64,000 nt of DNA from an uncultured Planctomycetaceae bacterium (GTDB lineage: Bacteria; Planctomycetota; Planctomycetia; Pirellulales; PALSA-1355), in NCBI GenBank assembly GCA_963785305.1, contig CAWAUV010000007.1, forward strand, positions 1,952,001 through 2,016,000, given 5' to 3'. A model generated the notes under the pieces. That model ran no database searches and was not told the origin of the DNA. It worked only from the letters and a program-made list of their open reading frames with translations. The translations under genes and the position numbers were made by a program. Shown one piece after another: positions 1 to 10,146 of this stretch (position 1 is the stretch's first letter; every line of letters starts with the position of its first letter).

Positions 1-28
1 GCGAGCGTTAGCCAACAGCGCGAGCGCA

Positions 29-1087
29 TCAGCCGGAGGTCGTGGATTCGGCGTGTTTGTCGGCCAGAACCCGGGTAATCATTTCAAAGCGGCCGAAGAT
101 CATGCGACCCGCGCTGGTTTGCAGCACGCTGGTCACCACGATGCGCACATGCTGATTGAGCCGTTCGCGTCCGCCTTCGACGACGACCATCGTTCCATCT
201 TCCAGATAGCCCACGCCTTGGCCGGCCTCTTCGCCCGCCTTCACGATGCGCAGTTCCAGATGTTCGCCCGGCAGGCAGGCAGGTTTGAGCGCGTTGGCCA
301 GATCGTTGAGATTCACCACCGGCACGCCGTGCAGCTTGGCGACTTTGTTGAGATTGTAGTCGTTGGTCACCACCTTGCCGCCGAGATGTTTGGCGAGCAA
401 CACGAGTTTCAGGTCGACCGGCTGGCCGGCGAATTCGGGCAGTTCGGCATCGTGGATCTTGAGATCGACCTCGGGATTCGAACGCATGCGATTGAGCACA
501 TCGAGTCCCCGGCGTCCGCGCCCGCGGCGGAGGCGATCGGAACTATCGGCGATGGCTTGCAGCTCCGAGATCACGAAGCGCGGCATGACCAATTGGTTTT
601 CGATGATCTGGGTTTCCATCACATCGGCAATGCGGCCATCGATCACCACGCTCGTGTCGAGCACATAGGGCTTATTGCCTTTGACCTCGCGGGCAAATTC
701 GACATAGGGAATGATGAATCGAAAGTCGTCTTTGGTTTGCAAGAGTAGACTGATGCAGGTGTAGGAAAGCACCATCGCCAGCAGTGTCTCGGCCCACTGC
801 GAATAGGTCGACGACGCCGGCAATACCGGGCTCAGCGCCAGCCGGAGCACATAGGTAAGAAAGAGCCCGATGATCAGGCCGAAATAGACGGCCGACACCG
901 TGTCGATTTTCTTTCGGGGCACCAGCACATCGGCCGCGATCACGAGGCCCGAGAGGCCCAGGAGCCCGCAAATGACGGCCCAGGGCGCCCAGGCGGGGTC
1001 CTTGGGCGTCGTCGGCGACTGAATGAGCTGCACGCTCAGGCCGGCCGCGACCATCAAGAAGACACAGCGCAGAATGACTAAAGCCAT
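29..1087 (-). CDS. PIN/TRAM domain membrane protein (YacL family)
   Basis: Four N-terminal TM segments, PIN motif VLDTSVVIDGRI...RGRRGLDVL, and C-terminal TRAM (GEEAGQGVGYLEDGTMVVVEG...VLQTSAGRMIF). Start set at MALVILR (cat 1085-1087). Confidence 0.9.
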   Translation of the reverse strand: MALVILRCVFLMVAAGLSVQLIQSPTTPKDPAWAPWAVICGLLGLSGLVIAADVLVPRKKIDTVSAVYFGLIIGLFLTYVLRLALSPVLPASSTYSQWAETLLAMVLSYTCISLLLQTKDDFRFIIPYVEFAREVKGNKPYVLDTSVVIDGRIADVMETQIIENQLVMPRFVISELQAIADSSDRLRRGRGRRGLDVLNRMRSNPEVDLKIHDAELPEFAGQPVDLKLVLLAKHLGGKVVTNDYNLNKVAKLHGVPVVNLNDLANALKPACLPGEHLELRIVKAGEEAGQGVGYLEDGTMVVVEGGRERLNQHVRIVVTSVLQTSAGRMIFGRFEMITRVLADKHAESTTSG

Positions 1088-1315
1088 GGTGGGCAGGAAC
1101 CCGCGCGAAGGCGGGCCGATTCGAGGTCGCGGATAACGAAATCTAAAGCCTTCGCGGGGCAAACGGTAAAAAAAACCGCTCCGCCGGCGCCGCTTCGGCC
1201 CCCCGCTCACGAAATCCTATTGTAAACCCACGGCGAGGCCGGCGACAGACGCCGCCGGAAGAATCGCCGCCGGAAGAATCGCCCACCGCGGCGCTGGCAT
1301 GTCCCAGGCCGCACG

Positions 1316-2482
1316 CTACGACCGCTGCTCGTCGAACGACCGGCCGGCCAGTCGCTCGTAGACCTGTTGAAAATAGCGATCGGTCATGCCGGCCAGATAA
1401 TCGCCCACGCTTCGCAGTAGCCCGTTACTTTGCGTCCCTTGGCTTTCGGCCCGCGCTCGATACCGCGGCGGCAGCAACGCGAGATCGGCCGCCACGATCG
1501 CAAATAGCTCGGCGATGCGCTGCTGGGCGAGTTGGCAAGGCCGCGAAACCTCGGAATGGCGATAGACCCTCGCGAACAAAAAGCTTTCCAGTTCCCGCTT
1601 TTGCTCCGCGAGCTCGAGGCTGGGGGCGATCAGAATCGGCGCTCGCCGGGCGGCTTCGGCGCTCGCGACTCCGTGTTCCAAAAGCCGTCGGCCCGATTGG
1701 GCCACGAGATCGCTCACCTGCCAATCGAGCAGTTCGTGCAACACGGCCCGCCGCAATTCGCTGTTCGAGAGCGCCGCGTGCGACTGCCGCACGCGCCGAG
1801 CCGCCTCGCGCCACAGCGCGAGGCCCAACAGATCGCCGAGCTCCACCAGGCCCAGCTCGAGCGCGTCGTCGGCGTCGTGCGTGTCGTAGGTCATGCTGTC
1901 GGCGGCGTCGACCACTTGGGCCTCGAGCAGCGGGCCGAGCGCGCCAGGCTGTTTGTCGATCCGATACCGCTGCCCTTCGAGCAGTTCGAGGCTGAGATTC
2001 AGGCCGGGAAAATCGGGATAACGCGATTCGAGTTCCTCGACGATCCGCAGCGCTTGGGCATTGTGGCTGAAGCCGCCGACCGCGGCCAGCAATGTGTCGA
2101 GCGCGGCCTCGCCCGCATGGCCAAACGGCGGATGGCCGATATCGTGGGCCAGCGCCATCGCCTCGGTCAGGTCTTCGTTCAAGGCCAGCGCCCGGCTCAG
2201 TGTGCGGCTGACCGAGGCCACTTCCAGGGTGTGGGTGAGCCGGGTGCGATGATAGTCGCCGGCGACGCCCACGAACACCTGCGTCTTGGAGCTGAGCCGG
2301 CGATAGGCCGAGCTATGCACGATGCGGTCGCGATCGCGCTGGAAAGGGCCGCGATAGGGATGCGGCGGCTCGGCATGGCGGCGGCCCGCCGAATCACGGC
2401 CATGCATGGCATAGGGCGCCAAGATCGCGCGTTCGCGAGCCTCGGCGGAAAGCGGCCAGGAGACGATGTCGGGGAGCGCCAT
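1316..2482 (-). CDS. dgt: dGTP triphosphohydrolase-like HD protein
   Basis: FQRDRDRIVHSSAYRRLSSKTQVF, RTRLTHTLEV, AHDIGHPPFGHAGE and DYLAGMTD motifs. Confidence 0.92.
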   Translation of the reverse strand: MALPDIVSWPLSAEARERAILAPYAMHGRDSAGRRHAEPPHPYRGPFQRDRDRIVHSSAYRRLSSKTQVFVGVAGDYHRTRLTHTLEVASVSRTLSRALALNEDLTEAMALAHDIGHPPFGHAGEAALDTLLAAVGGFSHNAQALRIVEELESRYPDFPGLNLSLELLEGQRYRIDKQPGALGPLLEAQVVDAADSMTYDTHDADDALELGLVELGDLLGLALWREAARRVRQSHAALSNSELRRAVLHELLDWQVSDLVAQSGRRLLEHGVASAEAARRAPILIAPSLELAEQKRELESFLFARVYRHSEVSRPCQLAQQRIAELFAIVAADLALLPPRYRARAESQGTQSNGLLRSVGDYLAGMTDRYFQQVYERLAGRSFDEQRS

Positions 2483-2554
2483 GCGAGTCGTTTCCCACGG
2501 CCCCAATTGGTGAAGGCGGCGCCACTTCGCAAATGCGGCGCACGTCGGGCTTGC

Positions 2555-3099
2555 GCTTTAAATACTCGCGTCGCGCACAGCGCCTCGCGCAGCAAGTCCC
2601 ACAGCGCCTCGAGCGCTTGCGGAATGACTTGCACTCCGGCCACCGTGGCCATGAAATTCGCGTCGGCCATCCATCGCGGCACGATGTGCCAATGCAAATG
2701 CCCCGGCACGCCGGCGCCGGCCACGCGCCCCAGGTTCAGGCCCACGTTGAACCCTTGGGCCGTGAGCTCGCGTTCCAAGAGCCCGAGAAATCGCGTCATT
2801 TGCTCGTGGATTTCAAGGATTTCCTCGCGCGTGAGATCGGCCAGGCCGGCTTTGTGCAGCCGGGGACTCACGAGCAAATGTCCGTTGTTATAGGGATAGC
2901 GATTGAGCACGACGAGGCTCTGGCGCCCTTGATGAACAACCAGATTCTCGCGATCGGGCGGCTCGGCGGCGGCGCGGCAGAGAAAACAGTCGGGATCGCC
3001 GCCCTCGGCGAGCGGAATCGCGCGCGGCGCGGCGTTGGCCGTTTGGGCTTGCTTGATGTATCCCAGGCGCCAGGGCGCCCATAGACGTTCATGCGACAC
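2555..3099 (-). CDS. HIT family hydrolase (Ap4A phosphorylase-like); 3' end uncertain, probable indel
   Basis: LWAPWRLGYI, CFLC, LNRYPYNNGHLLV, GFNVGLNLGRVAGAGVPGHLHWHIVPRW. GTG start at 3099. The frame reads on into dgt, suggesting a frameshift near the true stop. Confidence 0.85.
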
Positions 3100-3836
3100 G
3101 GATCGGGGTTTCCGCTTGCGAGGGTGTTTGTTGGCGATGGCAGTCGATCTTTTTTGGCAATGCGAGCGAGCTCGTCGCGCCCGCCCGACCAGCCGCGAGT
3201 CTAGGGCCTGGGCGCGACCAAAGGCAAGCCGAAACGCGCTGTTTTCGCGGCGCCTGACATGGTCGCCCGACAGACGGGAAACAGTTAGGCCGGCCGCCAC
3301 CGGGATCGCCGGCTTGCGGCGCCGCGGGTCCGGCGGGCACGACGAAGGCAAGAGGAATGAAGCGGCGGTCACGGACGGGGGTGATTGCACGAACAGCGTC
3401 ATTCGTTTTGCCTCGACCGGAACTGGATAGGAGTCTCGTTTGGGTTGGAGGCGTCAGCGAGAGCTTCGGTGATCTGCCCAGCTCGATAAGTCTTGGGCTG
3501 TTCGCATTTACCAACCGCGTGAGTCAACAGATTTGATATTTGCTTATCCCAGGCGATCGCCGCATCCACGGCGCCGGTGATTTTACCCGATTGGGCGCGG
3601 AGGAAAAAATGCCTTCTTGATTTGTTCGCCCGTCGCACTGCCAGCCAGTAGAAAAATGCCTTCGTGGCATTTGCCCGCCTCGCCCAGCGCCGAGCAAAGC
3701 TCGCCGCGGCTCGCAAAATAACGGCTTTCGTAGGACCGATCCGGGCAACTTCCGCAGTTCCTCGCGCTGCCCACTGACTTACGAGGAACCCGTCGCCCTG
3801 TCCTCTCCCAGGGGGTAGGCGGAGGCTGGTTCCACG

Positions 3837-3869
3837 AAAAAAGCCAGGGTCCTTGGGACCCTGGCTTTT
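3837..3869. terminator. Intrinsic (possibly bidirectional) terminator downstream of tRNA-fMet
   Basis: Hairpin AAAAGCCAGGGTCC-TTG-GGACCCTGGCTTTT flanked by A and T tracts. A second hairpin GCGGTAGCGAA/TTCGCTACCGC lies at about 3883-3906. Confidence 0.75.
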
Positions 3870-3915
3870 CGTATAACCCCCAGCGGTAGCGAAGTTTCGC
3901 TACCGCGGAAACAAG

Positions 3916-3989
<74 letters not shown>

Positions 3990-4144
3990 ATATGTTCGCC
4001 ATCGTTCGGCCACATGGATTCTAACCGACCATTGCCAAGGCGTCGAGTGCTGAAAAATCGCGATTTGTCATGCGCCAATAGAAATGTCCCCATAGGCGTT
4101 CATTAGAAATGTCCCCATTGTCGCGGCCTCGAAAGGAGGCTGCG

Positions 4145-5443
4145 ATGGAGACATGGACGATGAGCGTCAAGGAGTTGCGGCGTTTGGCCGCGTTTGGTCG
4201 CGTGCTGGATAAGAGTTGGAGTTTGGCCGAGGCGGCGCGGCAGTTGAAGATCAGCTATCGCCAGGCCAAGCGGTCGTGGTCTCGTTACCAGCGAGATGGG
4301 ACGGCCGGCTTGTCGCATGGCCTGCGTGGCCGTGCTAGCAACCGTGGCCGGCGGAGCGAGCAACGGGAGCGGGCGTTGGAGCTGTTTCGAGAGAAATACG
4401 CGGACTACGGGCCGACCTTGGCGGCCGAATGCCTGGCGAGCGAAGACGGCTTGCGGGTTTCGGCGGGCTCGTTGCGGCGGTGGTTGCTTGCGGCGGGACT
4501 GTGGACCCGGGAGCGACGGCGGGCCAAGCACCGCCGCCGCCGACCGCGGCGTCCGCGGCTTGGCGACTTGGAGCAGATGGACGGCTCGCATCACGACTGG
4601 TTCGAGGGACGCCGCGGCTGGGCCGTGCTGATGGTCATCATCGACGACGCGACGGGCGCGATTTACGCCCGGTTCTTCGAAGCCGAGACGTTGGAGGCGG
4701 CACAAGAAACGTTTGGCCGTTACGTCCGCCGACACGGCTTGCCAGCGGGATTGTACGTCGATCAGGCTAGCATTTATCGTGCGGATCGCGAGCCGACGCC
4801 GGAGGAGCTGGCCCGCGGAAAGCGGCCTGAAACGCAGTTCGGCCGGGCCATGCGCGAGCTGGACGTGGAACTGATCCTGGCCCGCAGCCCCCAGGCCAAA
4901 GGTCGCGTCGAGCGGGTCAACCGCACGTTGCAAGATCGGCTGGTCAAGGCCTTGCGGCGATTCGGAATCAGCGACCTGACGAGCGCCAATGCGTTCTTGG
5001 AAGAGACGTTCCTGGGCGAGTTCAATACACAATTCGGCCGATCGGCGGCCGACCCCAGCGACGCCCATCGGCCGCTGCCGGCGGGCGTGGACCTCGATCG
5101 GGTTCTCTCGGCGCGCGAACTGCGCACGGTGCAGTTCGACTGGACGATGCGTTGGCGAAACCGTTTCTTGCAATTGCCCGCCGAGTCGGCGCCTTTCGTC
5201 CAGCCCGGCCAGAAAGTGGAGGTGTGCCAACAGCCCGATGGGCGGCTGCGGATTTTCTCGGGCGGCCGCGAGTGGACTTGGACAGCGGCTGACGTTCGTC
5301 CGCCGGCGGCGCGCAAGCGTCCGCAACGGACCGGACCGACCGGTTCGAGCCAAGGCCAACGCCCAGCCGCCAACCACCCTTGGCGGGGCCGGAAACGCGC
5401 TCCCACGACCTTCCAAGAGCCCGATCTTGTCGCCACCGGATGA
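4145..5443 (+). CDS. ISNCY/IS1202-type DDE transposase
   Basis: HTH N-terminus, QMDGSHHDWFEGR, IDDATG, LYVDQASIY, ARSPQAKGRVERVNRTLQDRLVK. RBS GGAGG at 4135-4139. Confidence 0.93.
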   Translation: METWTMSVKELRRLAAFGRVLDKSWSLAEAARQLKISYRQAKRSWSRYQRDGTAGLSHGLRGRASNRGRRSEQRERALELFREKYADYGPTLAAECLASEDGLRVSAGSLRRWLLAAGLWTRERRRAKHRRRRPRRPRLGDLEQMDGSHHDWFEGRRGWAVLMVIIDDATGAIYARFFEAETLEAAQETFGRYVRRHGLPAGLYVDQASIYRADREPTPEELARGKRPETQFGRAMRELDVELILARSPQAKGRVERVNRTLQDRLVKALRRFGISDLTSANAFLEETFLGEFNTQFGRSAADPSDAHRPLPAGVDLDRVLSARELRTVQFDWTMRWRNRFLQLPAESAPFVQPGQKVEVCQQPDGRLRIFSGGREWTWTAADVRPPAARKRPQRTGPTGSSQGQRPAANHPWRGRKRAPTTFQEPDLVATG

Positions 5444-5458
5444 CGACCCCCGGCCGCG

Positions 5459-5518
5459 AAAATTGGCTGCTATCACGGAGGCGAGCGCTAGCGAGCCGGA
5501 GTGATAGCAGCCAATTTT
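5459..5518 (+). terminator. Long hairpin after the transposase stop, inside the IS
   Basis: 18-bp perfect inverted repeat AAAATTGGCTGCTATCAC ... GTGATAGCAGCCAATTTT, followed by a T-rich tract. Confidence 0.65.
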
Positions 5519-5712
5519 TCCTTTTCCAAAAACCCCTTCAACCCTTTAACCAACGGGGACATTTCTATTGAACGCCCAATGGGGACATTTCTAATGGTTG
5601 ACAACAGGGATTGCTTGCAGGGCCAATCATTGTTCTAGTCTAGCGGAAGTCTCCCGCGTAGGATGAGTGTGTACGTGCGTCCACTCACCTTTATTCTGCT
5701 GGAGATGCTTGC

Positions 5713-6859
5713 ATGGCGACTGCCGAAGCAACGAGTCTGCTCGATTTCTTGTCGCGGATTCCCGATCCTCGTGGGCGGCGGGGGCGACGCTTTTCGCTCT
5801 CGGCCATGATGGCCACCGTGGTTTGCGGAATCCTTTGCGGCCACCGAGGTTACAAGGCGATCGCCGATTGGATCGCGTCGCAGGACCGAAAAATCTGGTG
5901 GTTGCTGGGCTATTGGCGCAAGCCTCCTTGCGCCAATGCCTTCCGTGATCTGATCCTGGCCCTCGACCCCGTGATTTTAGAGCAGTGCGTGCGAGAATGG
6001 GTCGAGTCGCAACTGGGCGAGGTTGTGGATGAGGCAAAGTTGTCCGCCGTCGCGATGGATGGCAAGTCCCTGTGCGGAGTGCTGAACGCGCACGGACGGA
6101 CGGCCCATCTGCTGTCCTTGTACGACCAAGAAACCGGCTATGTCTTGAGTCAGATGGAAGTCGATGGCAAGACCAACGAGATCACCGCCGCGCCGGAACT
6201 CTTGGAAACGATCGTCTTGAAAGGCCGCGTCATCACGGGCGACGCCCTGCTGTGTCAGCGCGAGATCTGCCAGAAAATCATCGACGGCGGCGGGCATTAT
6301 CTCCTGGTGGTCAAAGACAATCAGCCGACTCTAATGCAGGCCATCGCCGCCGAGTTCGAGCCGGCCTTTTCCCCCCTATAACGAGAAGCAACGCCAATCC
6401 CATCTCGATGTCGCCGAAACGTTGAACAAGGGACACGGCCGGCGAGAACATCGCTCTCTGCAAGCTTCGACCCGGTTGGCGAAGCACTTGGATTGGCCCG
6501 GCCTGGAGCAGGTCTGCCGACTCGACCGCACGACCTGGCGCAAGGGCATTCAGACCCACGAAGTGGCGTATGCCATTTCCAGCGCGCCACGACCCAAAGG
6601 CTCGGCCGCCGACCTGCTGGGCTGGTGGCGCGGGCACTGGGGCATCGAAAACAAGTCCCACTGGGTTCGCGACGTGGTTCTGGGCGAGGACGCCTGCCGA
6701 ATCCGCAAGGGCAGCGCGCCCCAGGCGTTCAGCACGCTCCGCAATGCGGGCCTTACCCTCCTACGATCGCTAGGCTGCACCCAAATCGCCCAAACTCTGC
6801 GAGAAAACGCCGCCCGAGTCGACCGCCTCCTCACCAGACTCGGCATCTTGAAAGAATGA
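5713..6859 (+). CDS. ISAs1-family transposase, split into two ORFs (5713-6381 and about 6378-6859) at TTTTCCCCCCTATAA
   Basis: IPDPRGRRGRRFSL, AMDGKSL, VDGKTNEI, ITGDALLCQ, VKDNQPTL; then KGHGRREHR and RGHWGIENKSHWVRDVVLGED. Confidence 0.92.
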
Positions 6860-6866
6860 GCGACCC

Positions 6867-8583
6867 GGGACCAGTTCAGCTTATGCGGCGGTGGCGAGGG
6901 GGGTGGAGCGGCGGTGGAAGGGGTGGCCGGGGCGTTGCGAGAGGTAGTCCTTGAGCCGGCCGTCGTCGCTGAGGGCTGCGGCGCGGAGCTGCAAGATCGC
7001 TTCCGCTCCGTCGGGATCGTCCCAGAACATTTCGGTCCCTTTCACGCGCAGGTTCATCTGTTTGATCAGCGACTCCATCGGCGCGCTGGTGACCGGCAGG
7101 CCCAGGCGGCGATAGCTGGGATAGTCCATCCGCTGGCGATTGTTCGTCAAGTACCGCACGGCGTCGACGAGCGGTTTCTCCGCGTCACTGGGTTTCGTAT
7201 CTTCCCAGTCGATGCCCCGCGCGAGGCAGGCTTGCTTGATCTCGTCGATCACGTGATCGACCTGGCCTTGCCAGCACCAGGTGACGAACTTTAGATAGAG
7301 CGACCAACCCTCCGCATCGTTGGCGGCCAGCGCCAGCGCCGCGCGGTAAACGTATTGAATCGCATGAATGAAGTCGAGGACGGGCGTGAACGTCGGAAAA
7401 TGTTTTTTCCAGATCGACCAGTTCCAGTTCAGGCCATCACCGAGGAAGACCCGTAAAGGAGAATCGTAGAACCGGCGCCGCTGGGCTTCGCGCCGCATCA
7501 GCGGGCCGAAATCCTCCGAGCAGGACATACTGCTCAGCGCCGTGCGCAGCACGCGCCGCGGGCCTTCGTACTTCACGCGGCGGGGTTTCTCGGCGGCGGA
7601 TTCTTCGCCGGGCGAATCGAGGCGGGGAACCGCTTTTTCCGCGATATTCGCCACTTTTTTCGCGATGCGAAAGGAAGTCGGCAACTCGGGGCAAGCGTCT
7701 TCGTCCGCGACATGCCGCGGGTTGAGAGACATTCGCTCGAACGAAGCGTTCTTCGTTTCGCGCCAGCCTTTCTCGCCCGACGGCACGACGCCGCGCCCCT
7801 GGCCCGGCTCGCGTGTGCGAATGCGGCCGCCGTCGCAAGAGACCACCGCCGCCGCCGGCACGACGACTTCCTTGACGACTTTTTTATCGTCGCTGGACGC
7901 CGGCAGTGCCTTCCCGTCGGCCAGTTCCTGGCCCACCTGTTTCACCAAACGCCGAATCGTGCTGCAGGGAACTTTGTGTCCCAGCACTTGCCCGGTGATC
8001 ACTTCCGCGCGCTCGAACGAACGGACTTCCGCGGCCAGGCAGACTACGGCTCGCGTCAACTCGGGCGTGACCTCGCGGCTATCGAGTCCCAACGTCAACC
8101 GCTGAGGGAAAAAAAGACCACCGGCAGCGGTCGCAGTAAGCGGTCGTCTCGGTCACCTCGACCCGGCCATCCAGGCTGGTGACCGGCCTCGTTGCGGTTT
8201 GCACGCCGCACGACGCTCCGCAGGTGGGGCAGTTCGCTTCCGTCGGGCAGCTCGCGGCGACTTCACGCATCGCTCGCTCTTGGGCTTCACGGCTCAACTC
8301 GCGGCCGAGCGTGATAGCATACCGCTCGATGACGCTATAGTGCGGCGTGCCGAGGAACACCCCCTGCTCGACCATCTCCTCGATTCCCAGTTCGGCCAAT
8401 TCCCGCAAAAGTTCCTTCCTCCTGGCCTCGCGGGCCTGCATCGCGGCGTCCATGCCTAGCGCTCCTTAAGCAAGTTTCGTTCACCGATCAAATCCACCTC
8501 GCCCAGCTTACCACACAAACCCCGAATTCTCCTATTGACGTTTCCACATCCACCCCCCAACCCGCAAAAGCTGAACTGGTCCC
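6867..8583 (-). mobile_element. ISKra4-family insertion sequence
   Basis: IRs GGGACCAGTTCAGCTT at 6867 and AAGCTGAACTGGTCCC ending at 8583. Target duplication GAGCGACC(C). Confidence 0.88.
6881..8453 (-). CDS. ISKra4-type transposase, two ORFs (8079-8453 and 6881-8098) joined at a slippery T7CCC site
   Basis: Zn-finger CPTCG...CDRCRWSFFP; then CDGGRIRTR, FLGDGLNWNW, LDFIHAIQY, RMDYPSYRRLGLPVTSAPMESLIKQ. Confidence 0.88.
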
Positions 8584-8611
8584 GAGCGACCGAGCGACCC
8601 TGGGACGCGGG

Positions 8612-9860
8612 CAGGGTCGCTCATTCTTTCAAGATGCCGAGTCTGGTGAGGAGGCGGTCGACTCGGGCGGCGTTTTCTCGCAGAGTTTGGGCGATTTGGG
8701 TGCAGCCTAGCGATCGTAGGAGGGTAAGGCCCGCATTGCGGAGCGTGCTGAACGCCTGGGGCGCGCTGCCCTTGCGGATTCGGCAGGCGTCCTCGCCCAG
8801 AACCACGTCGCGAACCCAGTGGGACTTGTTTTCGATGCCCCAGTGCCCGCGCCACCAGCCCAGCAGGTCGGCGGCCGAGCCTTTGGGTCGTGGCGCTGGA
8901 AATGGCATACGCCACTTCGTGGGTCTGAATGCCCTTGCGCCAGGTCGTGCGGTCGAGTCGGCAGACCTGCTCCAGGCCGGGCCAATCCAAGTGCTTCGCC
9001 AACCGGGTCGAAGCTTGCAGAGAGCGATGTTCTCGTCGGCCGTGTCCCTTGTTCAACGTTTCGGCGACATCGAGATGGGATTGGCGTTGCTTCTCGTTAT
9101 AGGGGGGAAAAGGCCGGCTCGAACTCGGCGGCGATGGCCTGCATTAGAGTCGGCTGATTGTCTTTGACCGCCAGGAGATAATGCCCGCCGCCGTCGATGA
9201 TTTTCTGGCAGATCTCGCGCTGACACAGCAGGGCGTCGCCCGTGATGACGCGGCCTTTCAAGACGATCGTTTCCAAGAGTTCCGGCGCGGCGGTGATCTC
9301 GTTGGTCTTGCCATCGACTTCCATCTGACTCAAGACATAGCCGGTTTCTTGGTCGTACAAGGACAGCAGATGGGCCGTCCGTCCGTGCGCGTTCAGCACT
9401 CCGCACAGGGACTTGCCATCCATCGCGACGGCGGACAACTTTGCCTCATCCACAACCTCGCCCAGTTGCGACTCGACCCATTCTCGCACGCACTGCTCTA
9501 AAATCACGGGGTCGAGGGCCAGGATCAGATCACGGAAGGCATTGGCGCAAGGAGGCTTGCGCCAATAGCCCAGCAACCACCAGATTTTTCGGTCCTGCGA
9601 CGCGATCCAATCGGCGATCGCCTTGTAACCTCGGTGGCCGCAAAGGATTCCGCAAACCACGGTGGCCATCATGGCCGAGAGCGAAAAGCGTCGCCCCCGC
9701 CGCCCACGAGGATCGGGAATCCGCGACAAGAAATCGAGCAGACTCGTTGCTTCGGCAGTCGCCATGCAAGCATCTCCAGCAGAATAAAGGTGAGTGGACG
9801 CACGTACACACTCATCCTACGCGGGAGACTTCCGCTAGACTAGAACAATGATTGGCCCTG
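8612..9860 (-). mobile_element. ISAs1-family element, copy 2 (inverted relative to copy 1)
   Basis: Ends CAGGGTCGCTC at 8612 and ATTGGCCCTG at 9860. Flanks GGGACGCGGG / GGGACGCGCG match at 9 of 10 positions. Confidence 0.9.
8621..9765 (-). CDS. ISAs1-family transposase copy 2; same internal break plus an extra 2-bp deletion near 8895
   Basis: ORF 9097-9765 is identical to 5713-6381 except LLAVK vs LLVVK. The C-terminal part is split across ORFs 8532-9056 and 8621-8908. Confidence 0.9.
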
Positions 9861-9878
9861 GGGACGCGCGTCCGTGGG

Positions 9879-9907
9879 TTGACACTCCCGGGCTAGGCCG
9901 ATATCTT
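9879..9907 (+). promoter_or_regulatory. Sigma70-type promoter for nusA-infB-rbfA
   Basis: TTGACA (9879-9884), 17-nt spacer, TATCTT (9902-9907). Confidence 0.6.
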
Positions 9908-10146
9908 CACTAGATTACGGCTCGTGCTCGAATTCGATCGGCGCCCCGCAGGGCGCAAGTCGCGGGCGCTGCCGATTGCGATTGAAGATTGACAAATTCG
10001 CCGAGGGAACGCGGGGATTAGACCCTTCTTGGGCAGTTGACTGGCCCTTGGGCCGGCGGCAGCCGCGAACCGTCGTCACCGCCGCACCGACAATTCGAAA
10101 TCGCTTGCCCCCGGCGAAAAGCCCGGGGCCGGCCTGGAATTACCCC

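Larger units (their letters stand above)
4066..5606 (+). mobile_element. IS1202-family (former ISNCY) insertion sequence
   Basis: 26-bp imperfect terminal IRs TGTCATGCGCCAATAGAAATGTCCCC and (rc) TGTTGTCAACCATTAGAAATGTCCCC. Each end has a second TAGAAATGTCCCC copy. Flanks are GCGATT / GGGATT. Confidence 0.88.
5618..8602 (+). mobile_element. ISAs1-family element, copy 1 (its right IR is split by the ISKra4 insertion)
   Basis: Left end CAGGGCCAATC at 5618. The right end ...GAGCGACCCTG is interrupted at 6866 and completed at 8592-8602. Nearly identical to copy 2. Confidence 0.85.

Noticed and set aside
1251..1283. 15-bp tandem duplication GCCGCCGGAAGAATC
   Set aside because: Only two copies in an intergenic spacer, with no evidence of function.
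3100..3830. Possible ncRNA or small ORF between HIT and the tRNA
   Set aside because: No RNase P, tmRNA, SRP or riboswitch signature was recognisable, and the ORFs look like GC-rich noise.
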